Shown here: in pieces, positions 1 through 8,431 of the stretch
Position numbering within the stretch: the first letter of the stretch is position 1
How the letters are laid out: every line of letters begins with the position of its first letter
Source: Candidatus Hermodarchaeota archaeon
Lineage (GTDB): Archaea > Asgardarchaeota > Lokiarchaeia > Sigyniarchaeales > SOKP01
Length of the DNA: 23,229 nucleotides
Direction: 5' to 3'
Assembly (NCBI GenBank): GCA_048885925.1
Contig: JBHLLG010000044.1
Coordinates: forward strand, 1 to 23,229
Program-made: the position numbers and the translations under genes
Notes under the pieces: generated by a model
Told to the model about the DNA's origin: nothing
The model's database searches: none
What the model saw: only the letters and a program-made list of their open reading frames with translations

Positions 1-410
1 TTATTTACCATTATTTCATAATCAATATTCATAGGTCCATCAATCATCATAGATTCAGTAATACCAGAACCATGACCTAATCGAATCGATTTAGTAGCAA
101 GAATCGATTTTATCCATTTAACTCTGAATGGAGTTTCTCCTCCCAATCCTTTAAAAGCATTAATTACTATTGTTTTCCCTTTTACTAATTCAATCATTTC
201 TTTTGGTATTTCAAACAAAGGTCGACTTCTTATGGGCAATAAATATAATTGTGAGGTACATCCAAATTTAATCGCCGCAGTGTAAAAAGCTTCACCTACA
301 TTTTTGGTATAGCTATCAGTTACAACTAAAACAGCATCATTGATGTTCAAGTTCATTACATGAGTCATTGCTTTTTGAGCTGAATTTACCATCTTCTGGA
401 ATTTATTCAA
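1..410 (-). CDS. Aminopeptidase (M29/aminopeptidase T-like), 5' part; runs off the window start
   Basis: Not in the ORF track. Hand translation from TTG at 410 (alternative ATG at 392) is open to base 1: MNKFQKMVNSAQKAMTHVMNLNINDAVLVVTD...SRPLFEIPKEM...GETPFRVKWI...IRLGHGSGITESMMIDGPMNIDY. The VLVVTD and R-x-GH-x-x-GIT...IDY pattern resembles the N-terminus of archaeal leucyl aminopeptidases. The catalytic C-terminus is outside the window. Confidence 0.75.
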   Translation of the reverse strand, partial: MNKFQKMVNSAQKAMTHVMNLNINDAVLVVTDSYTKNVGEAFYTAAIKFGCTSQLYLLPIRSRPLFEIPKEMIELVKGKTIVINAFKGLGGETPFRVKWIKSILATKSIRLGHGSGITESMMIDGPMNIDYEIMVN

Positions 411-515
411 TTTAATTCCATTCCCCTTAAGTTATAAATACATCAAATATTTTTTTATAATGGAACAAATTAAAGATTAAACTTAATTATTTCTAAAAAA
501 ATGAAAGATTTTTTT

Positions 516-797
516 TTATTTTTCACTTATACTTTTCCGTTTCCAATATACTCTGTTCATTAATAGTGGATTAAGTTTTATAGCCCTTGGATTTGGGCAT
601 TCCATAACACAACAACCACAATGCCAACATTCTCCTGGATAAAGAACAATTGGAGGCTTACTTTTTTCTGGATGTGGGATAAATATATCTACTTGACATA
701 TTTCGATACATCTGTTGCACCCAGTACATAAATTTGGATTAAAAATTATTGGATTCGAAATCCCTGATTCAGGAACGACATAAATTTCTTTATTCAT
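516..797 (-). CDS. 2x[4Fe-4S] ferredoxin, AprB-like partner of the upstream flavoprotein
   Basis: Cluster motifs CTGCNRCIEICQ and ECWHCGCCVMECP. The start overlaps the flavoprotein stop (ATGA, 794-797). Confidence 0.9.
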   Translation of the reverse strand: MNKEIYVVPESGISNPIIFNPNLCTGCNRCIEICQVDIFIPHPEKSKPPIVLYPGECWHCGCCVMECPNPRAIKLNPLLMNRVYWKRKSISEK

Positions 798-2770
798 GAT
801 TTACGCCTCATTTTCATATAATCTTTATTATGAATTTCATAATTTTCTTTAAGAGAGCCATAATAATCAATAGGCAATTCACCAACCATCACTTTATTAT
901 TCTCTAGTTTAACAGTGATAAATTTATGCGATTTAGGGGGATCTATATTTGGATAATCTGAGCGAGTAAAATGTAAATGTTTAGAACTTGCTTTACGTGC
1001 TAAACAAGAATGAATAATTATTTTAGCATTGGTAAGTATATTTATAACCTCCAAAGAGCGTAATAATTCATGTGGATTTCGAGCATATAATTTTGGAGCT
1101 TCATTAGCTTCTAGATCTTCTAATAATTTCAAACCAATATTTAAGAGATTTTCACTCTTTATTTCACCACAATAATTTTGCATAATTCTTGAAATTGCCA
1201 TATTAAATTCTTTCCATCCTAAGCCCTCACTTTTATTGATAAGTGAATAAATACGTTTTTTTTCAGCCTCAACCTGTTGATTGTTTATAATAGATTCAGA
1301 AGCTAGGATCGCATCATCAGCAGCATGTCTTCCGGCATAATATCCTGTAGCAGCAGCATGCCCATTGCAATCTGAAGCAAATAATTGATCGCCAGCAGCA
1401 TAAAGTCCTTCAATATTCGTTTTTAGGTTCCAATCATTTACAGTTCCCCCAGGAAGTCCAAAGAGTTGACGTTCTCTGGGGAGAAAAGAAGCTGAAGTCC
1501 ATCCTTCTCCATAGCTTTGAAGTAAATCCTTTTCAGGATCAAATCCCCCTTCATTATATCTCTGGAATATGGGAATTTTTGACTTTCCTTCTTGTCCAAC
1601 CATTAAATTCCATATAACTCTTCGTTCATGTGGAGGCATACTTGGTAAATCAGCATAGAAAGGAAGTTTGTATCCTTGTTCTAAAAGTTTTTCGATAGGA
1701 AGAGTGTCAGGACCTTGATATTCATATAGATGGAAATCTGACTCTCCACCCCCTTTTAAGAAAAATTTTTGTCCTGATGAGGGATGATATCGTTGAGAAA
1801 TATTCTTGAGAATAGTACCGTCTCTATCTATCCATGGAATTTCTCTACCGTTTGCATCCACCATTGAACAAGCATACCATGTATTATGGGTATTACCAGT
1901 TCCATAAGGCGGATAACTTCTTTCACCTGACCATTGTCCTCTTATAGATTTTTCCATCATTGTAAATGCAACACCAGCTCTCCAACCCATTGCATGACCA
2001 TCTCCCATGCATTGAAGTGGTCGGAATTCTGAAATACCGGGTAGTCCTAGCGAAAAAAGCCATATACGTGTAGGGCGAGCCATACAAAGTATTGTAGCTT
2101 TGGATTTAAATATAAAAAATTCACCGGTCCGTCCATTTACTCCTGTAGCTCCAACAACTCTAACTCCTTGCTTACTTGTTTCTGTTAATAGACTTGTTGC
2201 CATTGTTCGATCATAGATATCTACTCCTAATCGTTTACATTCTTTATAAAGCGCAGGTTTAAAAGTGGTTCCCCATACTCGTAAAGTAAATTTATTTTCA
2301 TAATCATATGCAAATAAAAATTTAGTTTCTTCATCTCTAAATTCAGCCCCTTTAAATTCATTTTCTGTATCTCTGATTTTTCCTCCCATTTTTTCTAAGT
2401 CTAACAGCCTGTCATAACCTTCTCTACACTCGATATAATGTGAAATTCCATTATTATAACCATTATGGTCTTTTATCATTGCTAATGTCAGTTCTTCAGG
2501 GGTAACACGTGAACATGGATTGGTAGCTGCTGATTCCCAATGATCGCAACCCGATCCACCTGCTCCACTCCTAATTGTAGCCCCTTTTTCAACTATAATA
2601 GCTTTTAATCCTTTTTTTGCTACTGCAATTGCAGCCCAACAACCTGCAATACCTCCTCCTAGAATTAATATATCTGTACTTATTTCTTTTTCTTCATCCC
2701 ACTTTATAAAATATGGCCATTCAAATTTACTAAAAAGCGAATCTTGCACTTTTTTTTCCTCCTTACCCAA
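794..2770 (-). CDS. FAD-dependent oxidoreductase of the succinate dehydrogenase/fumarate reductase/APS reductase alpha (AprA-like) flavoprotein family
   Basis: Rossmann motif DILILGGGIAG, EKGATIRSGAG, GDGHAMGWRAG, TNIEGLYAAGD, and a C-terminal helical domain ending ARKAS...RSDYP. Substrate not assignable. Confidence 0.85.
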   Translation of the reverse strand: MGKEEKKVQDSLFSKFEWPYFIKWDEEKEISTDILILGGGIAGCWAAIAVAKKGLKAIIVEKGATIRSGAGGSGCDHWESAATNPCSRVTPEELTLAMIKDHNGYNNGISHYIECREGYDRLLDLEKMGGKIRDTENEFKGAEFRDEETKFLFAYDYENKFTLRVWGTTFKPALYKECKRLGVDIYDRTMATSLLTETSKQGVRVVGATGVNGRTGEFFIFKSKATILCMARPTRIWLFSLGLPGISEFRPLQCMGDGHAMGWRAGVAFTMMEKSIRGQWSGERSYPPYGTGNTHNTWYACSMVDANGREIPWIDRDGTILKNISQRYHPSSGQKFFLKGGGESDFHLYEYQGPDTLPIEKLLEQGYKLPFYADLPSMPPHERRVIWNLMVGQEGKSKIPIFQRYNEGGFDPEKDLLQSYGEGWTSASFLPRERQLFGLPGGTVNDWNLKTNIEGLYAAGDQLFASDCNGHAAATGYYAGRHAADDAILASESIINNQQVEAEKKRIYSLINKSEGLGWKEFNMAISRIMQNYCGEIKSENLLNIGLKLLEDLEANEAPKLYARNPHELLRSLEVINILTNAKIIIHSCLARKASSKHLHFTRSDYPNIDPPKSHKFITVKLENNKVMVGELPIDYYGSLKENYEIHNKDYMKMRRKS

Positions 2771-3031
2771 TTACTCTTTAATTATTGTGCCTTCCACCTT
2801 TTCTTTTGCTTTTATTTCAAAAGAAGTTTGGAATTCTGGATTATAATTCATATATTTTGGTATTGGATATCTCAGGCCTGCCTTATGAGTCTTATCTAAT
2901 CCATCTATAACGATACCTAACTTACTTTTTGGAATTTTCTGCAACTTGCGAAATTTATCTCTACTAATAGTTTTAGTTTTCGGCTCAATAAATTGAAATT
3001 TGTTATTTTTCATCTTTACTTTTGAATTCAA
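2771..3031 (-). CDS. Hypothetical basic protein
   Basis: 86-aa ORF whose stop directly abuts the flavoprotein start. No recognised motif; start uncertain (TTG 3031 or internal ATG). Confidence 0.45.
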   Translation of the reverse strand: MNSKVKMKNNKFQFIEPKTKTISRDKFRKLQKIPKSKLGIVIDGLDKTHKAGLRYPIPKYMNYNPEFQTSFEIKAKEKVEGTIIKE

Positions 3032-3254
3032 CTAAATAATATGTTTAATCAAAAATAAGTCGATTAATTATTAAAATATATTTTACTAATCATGAAAAAA
3101 TTCATTTTAACAATCTATAGACAAGAAATTTAACGGTAATTAAATTTCTGGAACAATAAGGATTTTTTGTTTTGCTTATTGATTTTTAAAGGTAAAATTT
3201 TTTATAATTTATTTAAGCAATTTTAAGATGGACAAGGTAATTTCTTTAAACTAT

Positions 3255-4001
3255 TTACATTAATAGTATTTTAAGTGGTGTATAAGTGGTATCCGGAATA
3301 AAGCTTTCTCCGTATTTCTTATTTATTTCATTTCCCCTTAGAATAGCTGTATCTTCTGCCCAATCTAAAACTCGTTCCAACACTTCCCTCTGAGAAGTAT
3401 ATATTTGATTGAATATATCTTTCTTTTTGATCCAAAAATCTTCGATATCAACAATAACAAATACAGATCCTTTTATATATTCAAATTTGCATGAGGGAGA
3501 TTCATAATAATAAACTCCAAGAGGAATCCATCCTCTACCGTGACCTCCATATGCTTTTCCAGAAGTACAATGATAAATTGCTTCTCGAGTAATTAATGAC
3601 AAATTCCTATGAACTCTATGAAAATCTGTATAATGTGGAATTAAAATCACGTGTGGTTTAACATTTCTTATCAAATTAGTAATCTCGGAAATGTTTTCTC
3701 TTTTTACATCCAGATCTCTATAATTTAGTTCTATAAAATTACAATTTAAAAGATTTTTTATAAGAGTTAGTTCTTTCTTTCTTTGTTGTTGAATTTGCTC
3801 TTTTTCTTCTTCTTTTGCATAACCTCCTAGTCCTTTAGTAGCTATGACAATGATTATCTCAGCACCAAGTTTTTGATATTTCAAAATTGTTCCGCCACAA
3901 GATATTATCTCATCATCAGGATGACCTGCAAAAATCATTATTCGCTTAGGAACAATGATAGGAATTTGATCTTCACAAATTATATATGAATTTCTAGACA
4001 T
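3255..4001 (-). CDS. PIG-L/LmbE-family N-acetylglucosaminyl deacetylase
   Basis: FAGHPDDE metal motif, GGTI, and PHYTDFHRVHR (variant of the HPDH motif); later VDI and GESF elements. Confidence 0.9.
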   Translation of the reverse strand: MSRNSYIICEDQIPIIVPKRIMIFAGHPDDEIISCGGTILKYQKLGAEIIIVIATKGLGGYAKEEEKEQIQQQRKKELTLIKNLLNCNFIELNYRDLDVKRENISEITNLIRNVKPHVILIPHYTDFHRVHRNLSLITREAIYHCTSGKAYGGHGRGWIPLGVYYYESPSCKFEYIKGSVFVIVDIEDFWIKKKDIFNQIYTSQREVLERVLDWAEDTAILRGNEINKKYGESFIPDTTYTPLKILLM

Positions 4002-4136
4002 TTAATGTAAAGTTTTAATTAGAGATTAAAAATTTTATTGAAATATTCCTACTATTAGATTATATAATAATTATTCAATCCTTGTAATCTTTGAAAAACA
4101 TGGAATAAAAAAAAGAATATAAAAGACTTGACTTTT

Positions 4137-4826
4137 TTATTCTCCTCTCATTATTTTCTTGAGTCGATTTAATTCATCTAACATTTCATCTCGAAGTGAA
4201 CTCAAACCACCTCCTGGTTTGGGAGCTGCTGCAGGCAAAGTAGGTCCTGAGGGGGTAGCAGGTGCTGTTGGTCTTTTTGCAAAAGTGGGGGGTGCTACGG
4301 GAGGCCCACCGCCGGGTGGAGCCGCAGGAGGAGCTCCAGGAGTGCTACTTGTAGGAGGCAATTTTGGAGCAGGGGGTAAATTAGGACGTTTAGGTGGACC
4401 ACCTCCTGAGGGTGCCGTTGGAGGACCTGTTGTTTTAGGAGGTCCTGCAGCTGAAGGTGCCTTAGGGGGGCCAGCACTTGGCGGTGCACCACCTGGTGGA
4501 GCAGGAGCTGCAGGAATTACTGCTGCTGGAGCTGCAGTAGGTGTTGGAGCACCACCTCCACCACTTAATAAACTAAATAAAGTACTAGCTGCAGCTGTTT
4601 TAGCAGCACCACTTGTAGGGGCAACTATTTTTGTAGATGAAGTACTTACGGTTTGAGCTTCTTCAACAACTGAAACTTCCTTTAAATCCTTCTGAGCTTT
4701 AGCTAAAGATTTAATAAAATCGTTTATCCCTTTTACTGTGTCTTCGAGATCATCCGCTAAAGAATTTAAACCCTTTTTCATGAAATTGATAACTCGTTCA
4801 ATTTTCTTCTGTTCTTTCGAAACCAC
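4137..4826 (-). CDS. Proline-rich protein: N-terminal amphipathic helix/coiled coil, Pro/Ala/Gly linker, C-terminal amphipathic helix (WH2- or VASP-like)
   Basis: GTG start with a purine-rich upstream stretch (GAGGA...AGGA). About 55 helical residues, about 110 aa of GPP/APP low-complexity sequence, ending GGGLSSLRDEMLDELNRLKKIMRGE. The ORF is well supported; its function is inferred. Confidence 0.85.
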   Translation of the reverse strand: MVSKEQKKIERVINFMKKGLNSLADDLEDTVKGINDFIKSLAKAQKDLKEVSVVEEAQTVSTSSTKIVAPTSGAAKTAAASTLFSLLSGGGGAPTPTAAPAAVIPAAPAPPGGAPPSAGPPKAPSAAGPPKTTGPPTAPSGGGPPKRPNLPPAPKLPPTSSTPGAPPAAPPGGGPPVAPPTFAKRPTAPATPSGPTLPAAAPKPGGGLSSLRDEMLDELNRLKKIMRGE

Positions 4827-5118
4827 GTCCTACTCAATTCCTCTAATATAATTGAAAAATTAATTTAAATTAAAATTACTAGTAATAATCTTATTTTTTA
4901 ATTATATAATAAATTAATATGTATTTATATTTTTATTCCAATACAATTTGAAACTCTAAATAGTAAGTATAACGTAAATCAAAAAAAACATTAATTATTA
5001 AAAAACTTAAACTAATAATATTATATAACATATTTCATTAGTAAGTTTAAAAATTATTAAAATTTCAATTTTCTATAAAATTTTCATAATAGAATTAAAT
5101 TAAAAGGGTTTGTAAAAA

Positions 5119-5385
5119 ATGCCAAAGCGAGAACTCTTCATTAAACGTGTTTATGAAATTGTTAACGAATTAAAAATTCCGTTAATAGACGAAAGAGTTT
5201 ACGATAGTGTTAAATTCAACACAGGAGCTTCTATCGCTGCAGTGAATTTCAAATTTGAAGAAGATGAGTCAGTGATTCGGGGATTTTTAGGTCTTGCTGA
5301 ATATTTTCACACTGTGGTGATTAAGAGGAAAGATGAGTTCTACATTCCACATTCCTCTATTCTCTTTAGACTAATTAGCGCCTAA
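5119..5385 (+). CDS. Hypothetical protein (88 aa, globular alpha/beta-looking)
   Basis: ATG-start ORF divergent from the Pro-rich gene, with normal composition and a T-tract after the stop. No recognised motif. Confidence 0.7.
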   Translation: MPKRELFIKRVYEIVNELKIPLIDERVYDSVKFNTGASIAAVNFKFEEDESVIRGFLGLAEYFHTVVIKRKDEFYIPHSSILFRLISA

Positions 5386-5617
5386 AAATTTCTAATAAAT
5401 TTTTTTTACTTTTCTTTTATTATTATATAATTTCTTTTATATTCGATTTCTAATATTAGTCGGATACCAGTATAGTTTTTTAATATTTAAAAGGGGTAAT
5501 TATCTTTAACCATTTTGATTCTGGAACGATGTATTAATGTTTATATCTATTATTTAAGGCAAGACATAGTATTCCACGAACATTTAGGTAAAAAAGTATA
5601 AAAAAATAGGATTTTTA

Positions 5618-6403
5618 TTAATTAATATTATATTTTTTTTTAATTCTATTTACTAACCAATCAGGCATAATTAAGGATAGATATGAAAGGACTATGAAAA
5701 TTAGCCCAAAAACCCAAGCAATATAAGTAAACTCAGAGTATCCAGGGTGGTCAAAGAAGGTAATCATCAGCGTATCCATTATTAACATTGCGAAAAGCAA
5801 CATTAAACTTATCATGGAATAAATTAATAAGTTTAATCCCGTATACATAATTTTATCATCGACTTTCCGTTTAATCTTTTGGCAAATTAAGGCGATATAA
5901 CCATATATTAGAAATGAAAATAACACAAGGCTTCCTGTAGTATAGAGTCTTATACTTAACTCTCCTTCATAATCTACTTGAGGTACGCCCCACCAATTCC
6001 AAGGTAGAAATAGAATAAAAATTAAAAGGATTCCAACAAGTATGATTAATGGAAAAGCTCTTCTACCTTTATTTGTCATATAGCTAGCAAATATAAATAA
6101 AAAAATGTCTGCGCAAACTACCATACTATAAGCTAATGGGAGAGATATCCTGTAGACTTCTTTATAAAAATCCGTTATCACTGCTTCAGCTAGACCTATT
6201 GTTAATATAACCAAAGCTGCGGTAAGGAAAGAAAATACTAGTGCTAAATAGAGTGGAGGAGGAACATTTCTTTCTCTCCATTTTTTAAACATCTTAACTG
6301 AAACTACAATTCCAAAAATTGATACGAAAATATAGTAAATAAAGATAGGGAGAACACGCAATTCAAATGATGTATAACTCATAGAAGAATGATATAACTT
6401 CAC
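5618..6403 (-). CDS. Seven-transmembrane membrane protein of unknown function
   Basis: Seven hydrophobic segments by eye, with basic loops after TM1, TM3 and TM5 and C-terminus MPDWLVNRIKKKY. The true start may be the internal ATG (MSYTSF). Confidence 0.8.
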   Translation of the reverse strand: MKLYHSSMSYTSFELRVLPIFIYYIFVSIFGIVVSVKMFKKWRERNVPPPLYLALVFSFLTAALVILTIGLAEAVITDFYKEVYRISLPLAYSMVVCADIFLFIFASYMTNKGRRAFPLIILVGILLIFILFLPWNWWGVPQVDYEGELSIRLYTTGSLVLFSFLIYGYIALICQKIKRKVDDKIMYTGLNLLIYSMISLMLLFAMLIMDTLMITFFDHPGYSEFTYIAWVFGLIFIVLSYLSLIMPDWLVNRIKKKYNIN

Positions 6404-6475
6404 CTTTAAAAAGTTATATGAGATTTAAAAACAATTTTTTTACCTATTTATCTAATTCCTTTTTTTTATATATTT

Positions 6476-7198
6476 TTAATAAGAGGGAGTTCCAATGGTA
6501 AATTTATAGTATTTAGAATTGGTTATTATCTTTAATACTTCTGATTCTGGAACATCATACCAGTGTTTGTAAGCATCAGCTACAGCAAACCACAGCACAT
6601 CTCTAATGTTTGGACAAAAAATATAATCTACTTTACTTTTTACAGTTAAAATGGTTCTTAAAGGGGCTGTAGGTACAGCGATGAAGATTTTGTTTGGATT
6701 ATATTTTTGAATCATATTTATTGCTGCTAACATTGTAAATCCTGATGCTAATCCATCATCTAATAAAAAAATACTTTTATTATGAATTCCATCCTCATAA
6801 AGATCTTCTGAAAGTGATTCTTTGCCATAGAATTTTAATCTTTCGTTAATCTCTTCTTTTGTTAAATTGATTGATTGATTAATTTCTTTTTCTGAAAGAT
6901 TGAGTTGATTTAATAAAGGTTCATTAATTAAAATGGTCCCATCGGTTGTCACAGCTCCAAAACCCGCTTCTGTGTTATAGGGAATTTTAATTTTGCGTAC
7001 TATTAAGATATCATAGTTTAAATTATATTTAGAGCAAAAACCTTCTGTTACTGATACTCCCCCATTAGGAATAGCATAACAAAAATATTGATTAGAATTA
7101 TCTAAAATATGATCTTTCAAAGACTCATTTTCAGTTTCAATAAATTCAGCTAATTTCTCTCCCGCTATAAATCTAGATTCATATTTTTGAAGGACCAT
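6476..7198 (-). CDS. Type I phosphoribosyltransferase family protein
   Basis: PRPP-binding loop IFLLDDGLASGFT, plus SRFIAGEKLA, AIPNGGV, VRKIKIPYNTEAGFGAV and IAVPTAP. Confidence 0.9.
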   Translation of the reverse strand: MVLQKYESRFIAGEKLAEFIETENESLKDHILDNSNQYFCYAIPNGGVSVTEGFCSKYNLNYDILIVRKIKIPYNTEAGFGAVTTDGTILINEPLLNQLNLSEKEINQSINLTKEEINERLKFYGKESLSEDLYEDGIHNKSIFLLDDGLASGFTMLAAINMIQKYNPNKIFIAVPTAPLRTILTVKSKVDYIFCPNIRDVLWFAVADAYKHWYDVPESEVLKIITNSKYYKFTIGTPSY

Positions 7199-7294
7199 AC
7201 TAAATAAATTACAAAATATTTATTTTATAAATATGTTGAAAATACTAATATTTCAGAATTATATTATCCTTTTTTAATATATTCATATGACATA

Positions 7295-7302
7295 TTTAAA
7301 TA
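7295..7302 (+). promoter_or_regulatory. Possible TATA box for the 7366 surface-protein gene
   Basis: TTTAAATA about 65 nt upstream of the ATG; the same octamer lies at 8350-8357 upstream of the paralog. Weak evidence in an AT-rich background. Confidence 0.3.
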
Positions 7303-7365
7303 TTTGATTATGCAATGGATAAGTAACGATTTTTTGAAAATTCCAAAAAAAATAGATGCATTCAT

Positions 7366-8196
7366 ATGAAAATCAAGACTAAATTAATTTTTGTTTTATT
7401 TTTCAGCATTTTTTTTTTCTTATTAACAAATATAAAAGTTTCTGTTGCAGCTCCACCTGATTGGGTAGGTGTAAAGGCGGGAGATAAATTTAAATGGTCA
7501 GTTACTGTATATGGTAATACTTATGTTCAATTTTTTGAAGATACTACCGGTTCAACCATCCCAGAAGGATCTATATCTAATATGGGACTTTCTATTTCAG
7601 TAAGAATAATGAGTGTAAGTGATGAATTGTATGATTCAACTTTTGGATTTTATTGGGTTAATGTCACTATAATTGCTACATTAAGTGCTGCTGGACAATC
7701 AGAAGAATCTCCTCCTATAGGTATTGTTATCCCGAGAAATAATACATTAGATTATTTTTCTACGATAGCTGCATTTATGAATCAATATAGTATTGGGGAT
7801 GAAATGTACCTAGGTTACATCTTTGTAGCAAAAGATTTAGATTGGTTAAATGTTGCTAATCAACTAAATGTAAGTATTCCTCCAATTCCAGAAATCCCTG
7901 ATGTCAATTTTACTGTTAATGCAAGGGAAGCGGGCTTAGAATTTTCATTTTCAGGAGGCACTATTGATACTATGACTATATCTTCTATTTATGCATATGT
8001 TGATTTTAATAAAAATGGCGTTATAAAAAAAGCGGCTGTTAAATATGGAGGTGATAACCTTATCACTCTTGGTCCTGAAGAAGATAAAATTCCCGGATAT
8101 GGACTTTCAATTCTCCTGGGATTAACTTTGATTAGTATTATAGGAGTAATATTCTACCTACGAAAAAATCAATCAATTAAATTTCAAACATTTTAA
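7366..8196 (+). CDS. Exported surface protein with Loki-CTERM-type sorting signal
   Basis: Signal peptide (MKIKTK-hydrophobic-VSVA), mature start DWVGVKAGDKFKW, and C-terminal IPGY + TM helix + LRK. Confidence 0.85.
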   Translation: MKIKTKLIFVLFFSIFFFLLTNIKVSVAAPPDWVGVKAGDKFKWSVTVYGNTYVQFFEDTTGSTIPEGSISNMGLSISVRIMSVSDELYDSTFGFYWVNVTIIATLSAAGQSEESPPIGIVIPRNNTLDYFSTIAAFMNQYSIGDEMYLGYIFVAKDLDWLNVANQLNVSIPPIPEIPDVNFTVNAREAGLEFSFSGGTIDTMTISSIYAYVDFNKNGVIKKAAVKYGGDNLITLGPEEDKIPGYGLSILLGLTLISIIGVIFYLRKNQSIKFQTF

Positions 8197-8220
8197 TCTT
8201 ATTTTTTTTTAATTTTTTTT
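8197..8220 (+). terminator. Oligo-T archaeal terminator-like tract
   Basis: TCTTATTTTTTTTTAATTTTTTTT immediately after the stop codon. Confidence 0.55.
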
Positions 8221-8431
8221 ATCTAAAAAAGCGCAGTATTATAGATAATTAAGATAAGAAAAATTGTAAAAATTATATTTCTAGAACTTTTACTCAGAAT
8301 GTTATAAAAATATAATTATAGTGTGTGCAAAATTCCAAATTTGTATAAATTTAAATAACTGAATTAGGATAATTATTATAAAAATTTCATTCTAATAATA
8401 AGGTTAAATAAAACATAAAACGGAAGAAATC

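Noticed and set aside
407-421. ATG at 421 (minus) followed by TGA, as an aminopeptidase start or selenocysteine read-through
   Set aside because: It is in a different frame from the aminopeptidase ORF. I saw no in-frame TGA at a conserved Cys position in any gene here.
794-2770. Calling the flavoprotein aprA or sdhA outright
   Set aside because: Family-level motifs only. Gene order, the short ferredoxin and the missing partner genes do not support a specific symbol.
4200-4560. Collagen-like or formin FH1 interpretation of the Pro-rich segment
   Set aside because: No sustained Gly-X-Y periodicity, no long polyproline runs and no FH2-sized domain.
4159-4656. 165-aa Gly-rich ORF on + (and the 65-aa ORF 4295..4492 on -), with locally high GC
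   Set aside because: Antisense or alternate-frame shadows of the Pro/Ala/Gly-rich gene. The GC bump is explained by its codons, not by an RNA gene or foreign island.
5460-5530. TTCTGGAAC (also near 3146-3154) and AGGGGT, reminiscent of ORB origin boxes
   Set aside because: Only partial matches, not clustered, and no orc1/cdc6 in the window.
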